Shown here piece after piece: positions 46,155-56,061 of a DNA stretch of 64,000 nucleotides. Every line of letters starts with the position of its first letter. Position 1 is the first letter of the stretch. Below the pieces are notes generated by a model, which had not been told where the DNA came from, ran no database searches, and was given only the letters and a program-made list of their open reading frames with translations. Both the position numbers and the translations under genes were made by a program. Source of the DNA: Olavius algarvensis Delta 4 endosymbiont (GTDB taxonomy: Bacteria > Desulfobacterota > Desulfobacteria > Desulfobacterales > CAJINA01); contig CAJINA010000008.1 in assembly GCA_905176665.1 (NCBI GenBank), positions 276 through 64,275 of the forward strand. The letters are read 5' to 3'.

Positions 46155-47558
46155 TTAAAAACTGGGCAGAGTTTGCTTGTCGGATTGCAGTTCCGCAGCG
46201 GCCGCCTCAATGGCTGCGGCCACACTTGTCCCGGCCGTGCCGCCATAGGAGGTTCGCCGGTTCACCACGTTTTCCGGCTGCAGCAACTCGAATACATCCG
46301 CTTTGATGCCGGGTGAGAATTTGTGCAACTCCTCCAAGGTGAGGTCGTGCAATTCCCGGCCGTTTTCGATCGCGTAGGCCACGGCCTGGCCGACGTGGCT
46401 GTGCGCCTCCCGGAACGGGACGCCCAGGCTGACCAGGTAATCCGCCAGATCGGTGGCATTTAAGAAACCGGTGTTGGCTGCCGAGCGCATGCGGTCTTTC
46501 TGCACGGTAATTTCAGGCAGCATCCGGGTGACGATATCCACGCAGGCTGCCAGGGTGTCCACCGCATCGAACAAGGGTTCCTTATCCTCCTGCAGGTCGC
46601 GGTTGTAGGTCATGGGCAAAGACTTCACCGTGGTCAGCATGGAGACCAGGCCGCCGATCACCCGGCCGGTCTTACCCCGCACCAGCTCCGGAATATCCGG
46701 ATTTTTCTTCTGGGGCATGATGCTGCTGCCGGTTGAAAAGGCGTCGGACAGCTCAATAAAGCCAAACTCCGATGTGGACCAGAGGATCAGTTCCTCGGAC
46801 AACCGGCTGAAATGGAGCATGCAGATACCGGCATCCGCCAGAAACTCCAGGATAAAATCCCGATCGGCCACCGTATCCATACTGTTGCTGCTGACCAGCG
46901 GGAAATTGAGCAACTCCGCCACGTAATGCCTGTCGATTGGGTAGGTGGTCCCGGCCAGGGCAGCTGTCCCCAGGGGCATCACGTTGATCCGGGTCAGGCA
47001 ATCCGCCAGGCGCCGGGCATCCCGGGTGAACATTTCATAATAAGCCATCAGATGATGGCTGAAAAGCACCGGTTGAGCCCTTTGCATGTGGGTGTAGCCG
47101 GGCATGATCGTATCTACATGTTCCCGGGCAAGCAGGATGAACTGTTCACGCAACCGGGCCAGACTCCGGATAAGGTCGGCGGTTTCCTTGCGCAGGTACA
47201 TGCGTACGTCCAGGGCCACCTGGTCGTTCCGACTCCGGGCAGTATGCAGCTTCTGGGCGACCTTGCCCACTTCCTGGAACAGGCGGGCTTCGATATGCAT
47301 GTGAATATCTTCAAGGCTGTCATCGTAAGCCAGCGCCCCGCTTTCAATTTCACCCTTGATAAGCTCCAGTCCGCGCACCAATTCGGCCGCCTCGTCCGCG
47401 GTGATCACGCCGCATTTGGCAAGCATTTGGCTATGCGCGACACTGCCGGCGATATCGTACGCGTACAACCGCTTATCTATCTGGATGGATGAAGTGAATT
47501 TTTCAACACGACTGCTGGTCTTTTCAGAAAACCGACCATCCCACAATTTTTCTGACAT
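46155..47558 (-). CDS. argH: Argininosuccinate lyase
   Basis: KLWDGRF, HTARSRNDQ, GSSIMPQKKNPD, PFREAH; ATG 47558. Confidence 0.97.
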   Translation of the reverse strand: MSEKLWDGRFSEKTSSRVEKFTSSIQIDKRLYAYDIAGSVAHSQMLAKCGVITADEAAELVRGLELIKGEIESGALAYDDSLEDIHMHIEARLFQEVGKVAQKLHTARSRNDQVALDVRMYLRKETADLIRSLARLREQFILLAREHVDTIMPGYTHMQRAQPVLFSHHLMAYYEMFTRDARRLADCLTRINVMPLGTAALAGTTYPIDRHYVAELLNFPLVSSNSMDTVADRDFILEFLADAGICMLHFSRLSEELILWSTSEFGFIELSDAFSTGSSIMPQKKNPDIPELVRGKTGRVIGGLVSMLTTVKSLPMTYNRDLQEDKEPLFDAVDTLAACVDIVTRMLPEITVQKDRMRSAANTGFLNATDLADYLVSLGVPFREAHSHVGQAVAYAIENGRELHDLTLEELHKFSPGIKADVFELLQPENVVNRRTSYGGTAGTSVAAAIEAAAAELQSDKQTLPSF

Positions 47559-47632
47559 GGTGCTATCCTTTGTCGATCCCAAATTGAATTTCGGGTCAAG
47601 TTTGACTCGTTCCCGGGTATCGCCAAAATTAA

Positions 47633-47726
47633 AATCGGGATCGAAATCGCTATCGAAATCGGTATCGAAAGAACGTTCTACAGATTCTTTTCGATTCCGA
47701 TCCCGAACCCGATTTCGATTTCGATT
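47633..47726. repeat. Inverted hexamer (ATCGAA/TTCGAT) array cassette
   Basis: atcgggatcgaaatcgctatcgaaatcggtatcgaaa ... tttcgattccgatcccgaacccgatttcgatttcgatt. Confidence 0.85.
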
Positions 47727-47748
47727 GAATCATTATCTGTTCCGACCC

Positions 47749-48951
47749 TTATTTATTCAAAAGACTGTTCAAGCGCAGCCGCAGGGCGTTCAGTCGGATG
47801 AACCCTTCGGCGTCTTTCTGGCTGTATACTTCGTCTTCTTCAAAGGTCGCGTGGGCTTCACTGTAAAGCGATTTGTCGGATCTGCGGCCCTGCACGACAC
47901 AATTGCCTTTAAAGAGGGAAAGGCGCACATCACCGCATACATTCCGTTGGCTGGCATCGATCATGGCCTGGACCATTTCCCGCTCCGGTGAGAACCAGAA
48001 GCCGTTGTAGATCATGGAAGCGTATTCCGGTACCAGGGAATCACGCAAGTGCATCACCTCGCGGTCCAGGGTGAGGGATTCCATGGCCAGGTGGGCCTGC
48101 CGCAGGAGCGTACCGCCCGGCGTTTCATAGACCCCCCGGGATTTCATACCGACGTAGCGGTTTTCCACGATATCAATGCGCCCTATTCCGTGGCGGCCAC
48201 CCAACCGATTCAGCTCGGTCAACATGTCGGCCGGCCCCAGTTTACTACCGTTCAGGGCCACCGGATTTCCCTCGACAAAAGAGATTTCGATCTCTTCCGG
48301 GGTGTTCGCGGCGGCCCGCAAGGAGGCCGTCATGGTATACATGTCTTCCGGCGGGGCGTGCCAGGGATCTTCCAGGACGCCGCCCTCAAAACTGATGTGC
48401 AGCAGATTGCGGTCGGTGCTGTATGGCTTGGCGTGCGACGTCGGAACGGCAATACCATGTTTCTCGGCGAAGTCCATGAGAATGCTACGGGAATTGAGAT
48501 CCCATTCGCGCCAGGGCGCTACAATCTTGATGGACGGGTCGATGGCCAGGTATCCTAGTTCAAAGCGGACCTGGTCGTTGCCCTTGCCGGTTGCCCCGTG
48601 GCTGACGGCATCGGCGCCTTCGATAGCCGCGATTTCCATCTGCCGCTTGGCGATCAGCGGCCGGGCCAGGGACGTCCCCAGCAAGTATTGTCCCTCATAG
48701 ATGACATTGGCACGAAATGCCGGATAGACAAAATCGCGCACGAATTCTTCCCTGAGGTCATCGATATATACTTTGGAGGCGCCCGTCTTCAGTGCGTTGG
48801 GTTCAATCTGGTCGAGCTCTTCGCCCTGGCCAATATCCGCCGAAAAGGTGATGACGTCGCATTGGTATGTTTCGATCAACCACTTGAGAATTACCGAGGT
48901 GTCCAAACCGCCGGAGTAAGCCAAAACTACTTTTTCAATTTTCTTTCCCAC
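47749..48951 (-). CDS. argG: Argininosuccinate synthase
   Basis: [33 protein letters not shown]; GTG start with GGAG. Confidence 0.97.
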   Translation of the reverse strand: MGKKIEKVVLAYSGGLDTSVILKWLIETYQCDVITFSADIGQGEELDQIEPNALKTGASKVYIDDLREEFVRDFVYPAFRANVIYEGQYLLGTSLARPLIAKRQMEIAAIEGADAVSHGATGKGNDQVRFELGYLAIDPSIKIVAPWREWDLNSRSILMDFAEKHGIAVPTSHAKPYSTDRNLLHISFEGGVLEDPWHAPPEDMYTMTASLRAAANTPEEIEISFVEGNPVALNGSKLGPADMLTELNRLGGRHGIGRIDIVENRYVGMKSRGVYETPGGTLLRQAHLAMESLTLDREVMHLRDSLVPEYASMIYNGFWFSPEREMVQAMIDASQRNVCGDVRLSLFKGNCVVQGRRSDKSLYSEAHATFEEDEVYSQKDAEGFIRLNALRLRLNSLLNK

Positions 48952-49043
48952 TGCTCAACTCTCCTAACCAGTGTCCCTCGGTAAATGGCATCTTGGCTGC
49001 CGTTTATGATGGTCACTATACTGTATGAATTTAAACCCGTACT

Positions 49044-49099
49044 TAGCGGCTATCTCCAAAATGTCTTTTGGCCCAATCCTATTTTTGAGATAGCCTCTA
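49044..49099. mobile_element. Internally deleted family A miniature element
   Basis: tagcggctatctccaaaa-tgtcttttggcccaatcc-tatttttgagatagcctcta: both termini with the core collapsed. Confidence 0.75.
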
Positions 49100-50287
49100 T
49101 TATAGTGTCTGCAAGATTTGGTCAAGGCACTCGATGAGTGCGTCAATTTCCGCCGGGGTAACGATCAACGGTGGTGCAAACCGCAGGATGTTTTCCTGGA
49201 TACAGTTGATCAGAAACCCGCGCTCCAGGCAGGCGGTGACGATCTTGCTGCCGGGCCGGTCCAGTTTCACACCGCACAGCAGTCCGATGCCGCGGACGTC
49301 CTCGATGCAGGTATGGCGCTCCTGGAGCCAGGCAAGTCGTTTTTTGAAGTAATCGCCGTTGGCGGCACATTGGGCGATGATGCCCTCTTCGGTCAGTATG
49401 CGGACCGTCTCCAGGGCCGCCGCCGAAATTACCGGTGTGCCGCCGAAGGTGGAGGCATGGGCGCCTGGACTGAACGCCGGGGCGACCCTCTCGGAAGCCA
49501 GCATGGCACCCATGGGAAATCCGTTGGCCAGGGCCTTTGCCAGGGTCATGACGTCGGGCGCTACCTTGAAGTGTTCATGGGCAAACAATTTGCCGGTCCG
49601 TCCCATGCCCGTCTGGACTTCGTCAAAAATCAGCAGCAGGTCATGCCGGTCACAGAAATCACGCACTGCGTCCAGATATCCTTCCGCCGGGCAGACCACC
49701 CCGCCCTCCCCTTGCACCGGTTCCAGCATGACGCCGCATGTTTCCGGGGTCAGCGCGTTTTCCAGGGCCGCCATGTCATTGAAGGGCACAAAATCGAACC
49801 CGCTGAGGACCGGGTCGAAACCCTGCTTGATCTTATCCTGGCCCGTGGCGGACAAGGCTGCCATGGTACGGCCGTGAAAGGACTGCCGCATGGAGATAAT
49901 ACGAAATTTCTCAGGCTGTTTACGGTCGCTGAAATATTTCCGGGTGATCTTGATGGCTGCTTCGTTGGCCTCGGCCCCGCTGTTGCAAAAGAAGGCCCGC
50001 GCGGCAAAACAGCGTTCCACCAGAGCCCGGGCCAGCTCCGCCTGTGGACGGGTATAGTAAAGATTGGATACATGGCACAGGGTGCCGGCCTGGTCGCTGA
50101 CCGCCTGGGCAACCCGCGGATGGGCGTGGCCGAGATTACAGACCGCGATACCGGCGATAAAGTCGGTATACTGCCGGCCTTCCTCGTCCCAAACATTGCA
50201 GCCGCTGCCTTTGGCGAGCACAATCGGGAACCGGGCATAGGTCCCGGCGATATAGGTATCTGCCAGTTTTTTCGTCTCGATAGTCAT
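49100..50287 (-). CDS. argD: Acetylornithine aminotransferase
   Basis: [50 protein letters not shown]. Confidence 0.96.
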   Translation of the reverse strand: MTIETKKLADTYIAGTYARFPIVLAKGSGCNVWDEEGRQYTDFIAGIAVCNLGHAHPRVAQAVSDQAGTLCHVSNLYYTRPQAELARALVERCFAARAFFCNSGAEANEAAIKITRKYFSDRKQPEKFRIISMRQSFHGRTMAALSATGQDKIKQGFDPVLSGFDFVPFNDMAALENALTPETCGVMLEPVQGEGGVVCPAEGYLDAVRDFCDRHDLLLIFDEVQTGMGRTGKLFAHEHFKVAPDVMTLAKALANGFPMGAMLASERVAPAFSPGAHASTFGGTPVISAAALETVRILTEEGIIAQCAANGDYFKKRLAWLQERHTCIEDVRGIGLLCGVKLDRPGSKIVTACLERGFLINCIQENILRFAPPLIVTPAEIDALIECLDQILQTL

Positions 50288-51174
50288 TTCACGATTTCCG
50301 TTCCGATACCTTTATCCGTAAAAAGTTCCAGAAGCAGCGCATGCCGGTGGGTGCCGTTGATGATCGGCACTTTTTCCACGCCGGCTTCCAACGCTTTCAG
50401 TCCGTATTCAATTTTGGGGATCATCCCCCCGGTGATTTCCTGTGCCTCGATCATGCGGCGGATGTCAGCGGTATTTACGGATGAAATGAGTCTACCGTTA
50501 CCATCGAGCACACCGTCCACATCCGTCATGAGAATCAGTCGACCGGCGGAAAGGGCCATCGCAATCCGGCTGGCGACCAGGTCGGCATTGATATTGAAAG
50601 TTTCGCCGCTTGGGCCGGTACCTACCGGGGCAATCACCGGGATAAATCCCTGTCGGATCAGGGTGTCGATGATTTCAGGATTCACATCCGTAACGTCGCC
50701 CACCAGTCCCGGATCGATGATTTCGGGAGGATCCGTCTCATTCTCCTGGTGTATAATCTGCAGTTTCTTGGCCTGAATCAGGCCGCCATCCTTGCCGGAC
50801 AGACCGGCGGCTTTACCTCCCTGGGCATTGATCTGGGCGACGATGGCCTTGTTTACCTTACCGCCGAGCACCATTTCCACCACATCCATGGTCTGGGCAT
50901 CCGTCATGCGCATGCCGCGTACAAAGCGCGATTCGATCCCCATCTGATCCAGAACGGAATTGATTTGCGGACCGCCACCATGGACGATCACCGGATTCAG
51001 GCCAATGAACTTCATCAGGACAATGTCACGGGCAAAATCGGCTTTTAACTGTTCGTCCACCATGGCGTGCCCGCCGTATTTAATCACCATGATCATCCCG
51101 GAGAAGCGCCGGATGTAGGGCAGGGCTTCGATCAGAATCTCAGCGACGTTGGGTACGGGGGTATTAGCGGTCAT
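50284..51174 (-). CDS. argB: Acetylglutamate kinase
   Basis: [33 protein letters not shown]. Confidence 0.97.
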   Translation of the reverse strand: MTANTPVPNVAEILIEALPYIRRFSGMIMVIKYGGHAMVDEQLKADFARDIVLMKFIGLNPVIVHGGGPQINSVLDQMGIESRFVRGMRMTDAQTMDVVEMVLGGKVNKAIVAQINAQGGKAAGLSGKDGGLIQAKKLQIIHQENETDPPEIIDPGLVGDVTDVNPEIIDTLIRQGFIPVIAPVGTGPSGETFNINADLVASRIAMALSAGRLILMTDVDGVLDGNGRLISSVNTADIRRMIEAQEITGGMIPKIEYGLKALEAGVEKVPIINGTHRHALLLELFTDKGIGTEIVK

Positions 51175-51205
51175 ATCTCATCCCAATTGATCAGTTGTAG
51201 ATTTC

Positions 51206-51297
51206 ATCGAAATCGGTATCGCTATCAGGATCGAAATCGGATTTGCTTTTCTTGGTAGAACCTTCTTTTCGATACCGATCCCGAACTCGATTTCGAT
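51206..51297. repeat. Inverted hexamer array cassette (same family as 47633-47726)
   Basis: atcgaaatcggtatcgctatcaggatcgaaatcgg ... ttcgataccgatcccgaactcgatttcgat. Confidence 0.85.
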
Positions 51298-51331
51298 AAG
51301 GCTTGAACCTTTAAACCACCAGCGTTGCAAT

Positions 51332-52705
51332 TTACAAGATATAGCGACTCAGGTCTTCATTCTCCATGATATCCTTCAGTTTCCGGTTGACATACGCCAC
51401 ATCGATTTCCATCTGCTCGGTTTCCATGTCCGGGGCATCGAACAGGATGTCCTCAAGCAGTTTTTCCATGAGGGTATGCAGTCGGCGGGCCCCTATATTC
51501 TCCGTGCTGTTGTTGACTTCTTCGGCAATACGGGAAATTTCACGGATGGTGCCGTCGGTAAAAACGACCTCCAAACCCTCGGTGCGCAGCAGGGCCAGGT
51601 ACTGGAGGAGAAGTGCATTTTTAGGTTCCGTCAGGATTCGGTAGAATTCCGCTTTCCCCAGGGAACTCAACTCGACCCGGATAGGGAAGCGCCCCTGCAG
51701 CTCCGGAATCAGGTCTGCCGGTTTGATCGTATGGAACGCACCGGCGGCGATGAAAAGGATGTGGTCCGTGCGCACCGGTCCGTATTTGGTGGTGACCGTA
51801 CTGCCTTCCACCAGTGGCAAGAGGTCTCTTTGCACCCCTTCCCGGCTGACATCCGGTCCGGTGCCGCCGTGCTTGCCGGCAATCTTGTCGATTTCATCCA
51901 GGAAGATGATGCCGTCCTGTTCAACCTTTTCAACGGCCAGTTTTACCACCCGGTCCATATCCACCAGGCCCTGGGCCTCTTCCTGGGCCAGCAGGTCCAT
52001 GGCTTCCGGGACCTTTATTTTGCGCCGCTTGGTCGACTTTGGCATCAAACCGCCAAGCATGTCCTTGAAATTAATACCCATTTCTTCCATGCCCATGTTG
52101 GAAAACACCTCAACCATGGGTACGGATTTATCCGACACCTCCAGATCCACCGTCCGCTGATCCATTTTGCCGGAACGGAGCAGCTTGCGCAGTTTCTCGC
52201 GGGTTGCGGACCCGTCCGGGGTGCTTTCCGGTGCCGGATCAAACGGCCGGTCTACGGCCGGAGTGCTGGTCAAAGCCGTTGTCGGCTCGCTGGGAGGCAA
52301 CAGGAGGTCCAGCATTCTTTCTTCGGCGTTCTCGCGGGCCTTCACCTGGACGGATTCCTGTTCCCGCACTTTCAGGTTGTTCACCGTGAGTTCGATCAGA
52401 TCCCTGACCATCGACTCTACGTCGCGGCCCACATAACCCACTTCGGTAAACTTGGAGGCCTCCACCTTTATCAGCGGAGAGTCGGTCAGATTTGCCAGCC
52501 GCCGGGCAATTTCAGTTTTGCCGACCCCGGTGGGGCCGATGAGAATGATATTTTTAGGTGCGATCTCATCCCGCAGGTCTTCCGGCACCTGTTGACGCCG
52601 CCAGCGATTGCGCAGGGCAATGGCAACCGAGCGCTTGGCATTGTGCTGGCCAACAATGTATTTGTCTAATTCCTCAACAATTTCGGATGGCTTCAGGTTA
52701 CTCAT
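51332..52705 (-). CDS. hslU: HslUV protease ATPase subunit
   Basis: [39 protein letters not shown]. Confidence 0.97.
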   Translation of the reverse strand: MSNLKPSEIVEELDKYIVGQHNAKRSVAIALRNRWRRQQVPEDLRDEIAPKNIILIGPTGVGKTEIARRLANLTDSPLIKVEASKFTEVGYVGRDVESMVRDLIELTVNNLKVREQESVQVKARENAEERMLDLLLPPSEPTTALTSTPAVDRPFDPAPESTPDGSATREKLRKLLRSGKMDQRTVDLEVSDKSVPMVEVFSNMGMEEMGINFKDMLGGLMPKSTKRRKIKVPEAMDLLAQEEAQGLVDMDRVVKLAVEKVEQDGIIFLDEIDKIAGKHGGTGPDVSREGVQRDLLPLVEGSTVTTKYGPVRTDHILFIAAGAFHTIKPADLIPELQGRFPIRVELSSLGKAEFYRILTEPKNALLLQYLALLRTEGLEVVFTDGTIREISRIAEEVNNSTENIGARRLHTLMEKLLEDILFDAPDMETEQMEIDVAYVNRKLKDIMENEDLSRYIL

Positions 52706-52871
52706 AACAACTATTCATTTTTCCGTATTTAAAAACAGGTCCTCAGGTACAGTTGCGATATTTGGCTGTTCCATAAAAAACAAGATTCTCTGCGCCTCCG
52801 CGCGACGCTTGGTTTTTCCATGGTAATATGGCAAAGCAGCCCTTTTTTAGGGCATTCCAAATTCTGGCCCT

Positions 52872-53040
52872 CTGAGGCTGTTACGCAATTAATAAAAAGG
52901 ATCAAATGGCCGCCGTCATGCCGGACCCGATCCGGCATCCAGCAATCTATTTGCCTGAAAAACAATTGGATTCCGGATCAAGTCCGGAATGACAAAAAGG
53001 CCGAATGCCCGGTTTTTAGAACTGCGACACAGCCTCTCAG
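52872..53040. mobile_element. Miniature inverted-repeat element enclosing a GTCAT..ATGAC palindromic (RPE/dRS3-like) core
   Basis: gaggctgt ... acagcctc termini; core gtcatgccggacccgatccggcatcca..tggattccggatcaagtccggaatgac. Confidence 0.75.
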
Positions 53041-53060
53041 CGCCAGGGTATTTACAAACC

Positions 53061-53173
53061 GTTCTGGTTCCAAGGGTTTCGGTTCCAGGCATCGCCCGAG
53101 GCTGAGCCTGGTGGGCAAGGTTCAGAGGTTAAAAAGTTTCTAACCCAGAACCGGGAACCTTGAACGGGGAACC
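53061..53173. repeat. Inverted heptamer (GGTTCNN/NNGAACC) array cassette
   Basis: gttctggttccaagggtttcggttccagg ... cccagaaccgggaaccttgaacggggaacc. Confidence 0.7.
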
Positions 53174-53183
53174 TATAAAGCTT

Positions 53184-53720
53184 CTACATTTCCTCCACCG
53201 TGATGCTGTCATTGGTGTACACACAGGTGGCGCTGGCTATTGCCATGGCGGCATCCACAATCTCCCGAGCCGCCAAGTCCGTGTGGCGCGACAGGGCCAG
53301 GGCCGCCGATTGGGCGGCCACGCCGCCGGATCCAATGGCGATGATGTCCTGGTCCGGCTCGATGACATCACCATTGCCCGATATGAGAAAGATGCTGGTG
53401 TCGTCCGCAGCAATCATGATGGCCTCCAGGCGCCGCAGATACTTGTCGGTGCGCCATTCCCGGGCCAGTTCGACCGCACTGCGCATGAGTTTTCCGTTGT
53501 AGCGTTCCAGTTTCTTTTCCAGTTTTTCGGACAGGGTCAGGGCGTCTGCGGTTGCTCCGGCAAACCCGGTGATAATACTGTCATTGTAAATACGGCGCAC
53601 TTTACGGGCGTGGTGCTTGATGACCGTGTTGTTCAAGGTTACCTGACCATCACCCGCGACTGCCAGTTGACCGTTCAACCGGACGGCCAATATTGTCGTT
53701 CCGTGAAACTGCATGCGCAT
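53184..53720 (-). CDS. hslV: HslUV protease peptidase subunit
   Basis: HGTTILAV, AGDGQVT, GFAGATADA, AIGSGG. Confidence 0.97.
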   Translation of the reverse strand: MRMQFHGTTILAVRLNGQLAVAGDGQVTLNNTVIKHHARKVRRIYNDSIITGFAGATADALTLSEKLEKKLERYNGKLMRSAVELAREWRTDKYLRRLEAIMIAADDTSIFLISGNGDVIEPDQDIIAIGSGGVAAQSAALALSRHTDLAAREIVDAAMAIASATCVYTNDSITVEEM

Positions 53721-53836
53721 TCCTTCATATCAGGGAATTCGTCTTGACACGCTGAAACCATCCGCACTCATACTCCTATTTCAACAAACATGAAACCTTA
53801 AAACGACGCGGTTGATCACTTTTCCAGCCTTCCCCG

Positions 53837-54772
53837 TTATTTTCGCGGATGGGCCTTATCGTAGGTTTCGAGGAGCCGATCGATACTCACGTGGGTGTAT
53901 TTCTGGGTGGTTGCCAGGCTCTGGTGGCCCAGCAGCTCCTGGATAGCCCGTAGATCCGCCCCCGCATCCAGCATATGGGTGGCAAAAGTGTGCCGCAGCC
54001 CATGGGGTGAAATGGGCGTGGCCAGGCCGCATTCCCGGGCGATTTTCTCCAGGATGCGGGCCACCGAACGCGTGGTCAGTCTCCCGCCGTTTTTATTTAA
54101 AAACAGCGCCCCGCCCGCTTCGGCTGCCTGGCGTTGCTCTTGTTTCAATTTCCGTCGGTAATCATCTATGGCCCCTAAAGCTTTGCGGCCGATGGGAACC
54201 AGGCGTTCGCGATCGCCTTTGCCGGTAACCCGGATAATGGCGGTGGATCGGTCGATATCCGCTACATCAAGGTTGGTCAGTTCGGACACCCGGATGCCGC
54301 AGGAGTAAAGGGTTTCGAACATGGCCCGGTTGCGGGCCTTGAGCAAGGTATTCGCTTCGATTGAATCCAGCAGTCGGAACATATCATCGATCGGCAGGTA
54401 GGTGGGAATCTTTTTCTCCTGTTTTGGCGTGGTCACCGATGCAGCCGGGTTTTGATCGACAACACCCTGTTTGATCAGGAACTTGAAAAACGTGCGCAGG
54501 GCAGACAGTTTTCGGGCGATCGTCACTTTTTTGTTGCGTTTGTGTAGAGTGCCGAGCCAATACCGTACCTGAATTCCGGTGACTGTATTCGGGGCCGGCA
54601 GGCCGGTCGCTGATTCGTCCTGCGCCCCGGCCGGCCAGTTGTCTTGCAGAATCGTAAAAAACTCTAAAATATCGTGGTGATAGGAGCGGCAGGTTCTATC
54701 GGAATACCCCTTTTCCGCCGTCAGCGCGTCAACAAACAGATCAATCAGGTTTTCAGTTGTCTGCTGCTGCAT
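53837..54772 (-). CDS. xerC: Tyrosine recombinase XerC
   Basis: LYSCGIRVSE, GKGDRER, HGLRHTFATH, LLGH, TTQKY; xerC-hslV-hslU synteny. Confidence 0.9.
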   Translation of the reverse strand: MQQQTTENLIDLFVDALTAEKGYSDRTCRSYHHDILEFFTILQDNWPAGAQDESATGLPAPNTVTGIQVRYWLGTLHKRNKKVTIARKLSALRTFFKFLIKQGVVDQNPAASVTTPKQEKKIPTYLPIDDMFRLLDSIEANTLLKARNRAMFETLYSCGIRVSELTNLDVADIDRSTAIIRVTGKGDRERLVPIGRKALGAIDDYRRKLKQEQRQAAEAGGALFLNKNGGRLTTRSVARILEKIARECGLATPISPHGLRHTFATHMLDAGADLRAIQELLGHQSLATTQKYTHVSIDRLLETYDKAHPRK

Positions 54773-54802
54773 GCCATTGCTCCGCGCCGGATATCATCCC
54801 TT

Positions 54803-55153
54803 TCAGGCGGCCTGCCTGGTCTTCTTTTTCAGTCTTGAAATTTTGCGTCTGTATATGGCTGCCATTTTTTTGTCGTCGGCGCTGACAGCCTGGGCCTGCT
54901 TTTTTCGCAGTGCTTTGATGGCCTTTTTCAATGATTTGACGGACCGATCCGTTTTCTTGGGCTTTGCCTTGGATTTGGTCTTGGGTTCGTCTTTGGGGGT
55001 ATCCGTGATGCCGCGGGCTTTCTTGATAGCTTCCAACAAATCAGCCTTGATCATCCCATGGGCCCCGGTAATATCGGGTATCTCCTTGGCAACTTCACGC
55101 AACTCTTTGACGGTCATTTTATCCAGAGGTTTGTCTGTGCTGTCTGTACTCAT
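54803..55153 (-). CDS. Small basic protein with Rho termination factor N-terminal-like domain
   Basis: LDKMTVKELREVAKE..GAHGMIKADLLEAI; GGAGG RBS. Confidence 0.82.
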   Translation of the reverse strand: MSTDSTDKPLDKMTVKELREVAKEIPDITGAHGMIKADLLEAIKKARGITDTPKDEPKTKSKAKPKKTDRSVKSLKKAIKALRKKQAQAVSADDKKMAAIYRRKISRLKKKTRQAA

Positions 55154-55266
55154 ACGCCTGTTCCTCCTTCAAGTTTTTCGTAAAGAAAAGACGGGGCCGC
55201 CGGCCACCGCCAAGCCATTGCGAAGTGTTGGTTCACTGCATCCTGATTTTCCATATGGGAAGTACT

Positions 55267-55295
55267 AAAATAGACTGTTTTCAAGGGGTTGTCAA
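55267..55295 (-). promoter_or_regulatory. Putative sigma70 promoter
   Basis: TTGACA-17 bp-TATTTT upstream of the Rho-N/xerC/hslVU block. Confidence 0.5.
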
Positions 55296-55317
55296 TAGTT
55301 GATCGGGCTGCGGCAGA

Positions 55318-56058
55318 TCAATATTCGATGCCCATGCGGCCCATGAGCAGTTTCATGTCTTCCCAGACATCCCGCTTGCGCTCGGGGTTTCTCAAAAGAA
55401 AGGCCGGGTGATAGGTCGGCAGCAGGGGTATGCCCAGGTAATCGTGCAATCGTCCCCGCAGGCGCGATATCGGGGTGTCCGTGTCCAGCAGGGTACGGGC
55501 CGCAAAACTGCCCAGGGCACAGATGTACTCCGGTTGGATGGATTTTAACTGGCGTTTCAGAAAAGGTACGCACGCGCCTATCTCGTCGGGCTGGGGGTTA
55601 CGGTTGCCAGGGGGACGGCATTTGATGATGTTGCAGATGTAGACGTCCTCGCGTGTCATTTTCATGGCCTGGATGATCTTGGTCAACAACTGGCCGGCCG
55701 CGCCTACAAAGGCCAGGCCCTGGCGGTCTTCCTCGGCACCGGGCCCTTCCCCTACGAACACGAGGCGGGCCTGCTCCGCGCCCTGACCGAAGACGATGGT
55801 TGTACGGCTGTTGCAGAGTTTACAGCGGCGGCAATCACCCAGGTCAGCCCGGATATCCGGCAGGGTCTCCCGGTCGGGGTCGGCCTGAGGGGGTGCCGGA
55901 CGGCCCCAGCGGTTTATGGTTTCCAGGGATGCCGGTGCGCTGTCAAATCCGCTGCAACCGGCCTGCGCCATCTGTTTCAGCGAACGTATGGTTTCATCCA
56001 CGAGATCAGCAGGGTGCGAACGGCGGGGCGGGTTGTCATCTGGGGTGGATGGATTCAT
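55318..56058 (-). CDS. udg: Family 4 (Fe-S) uracil-DNA glycosylase
   Basis: CRRCKL, VGEGPGAEED, FVGAAG, KCRPPGNRNP, TYHPA. Confidence 0.93.
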   Translation of the reverse strand: MNPSTPDDNPPRRSHPADLVDETIRSLKQMAQAGCSGFDSAPASLETINRWGRPAPPQADPDRETLPDIRADLGDCRRCKLCNSRTTIVFGQGAEQARLVFVGEGPGAEEDRQGLAFVGAAGQLLTKIIQAMKMTREDVYICNIIKCRPPGNRNPQPDEIGACVPFLKRQLKSIQPEYICALGSFAARTLLDTDTPISRLRGRLHDYLGIPLLPTYHPAFLLRNPERKRDVWEDMKLLMGRMGIEY

Positions 56059-56061
56059 GGG

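Noticed and set aside
47356-47991. ORF with SKS/RFR repeats, and other short ORFs over intergenic repeats (e.g. 22415-22597, 52729-52965, 44682-44885)
   Set aside because: Translations of the repeat elements, not credible genes.
49118-50776. 552-aa plus-strand ORF (and similar ones at 51476-52669, 25612-26757, 2859-4022)
   Set aside because: Antisense shadows of well-supported genes (argD/argB, hslU, AAA-Lon, kinase).
53837-54772. Tyrosine recombinase as a phage or island integrase
   Set aside because: Size and xerC-hslV-hslU synteny indicate housekeeping XerC; no att sites or phage genes.
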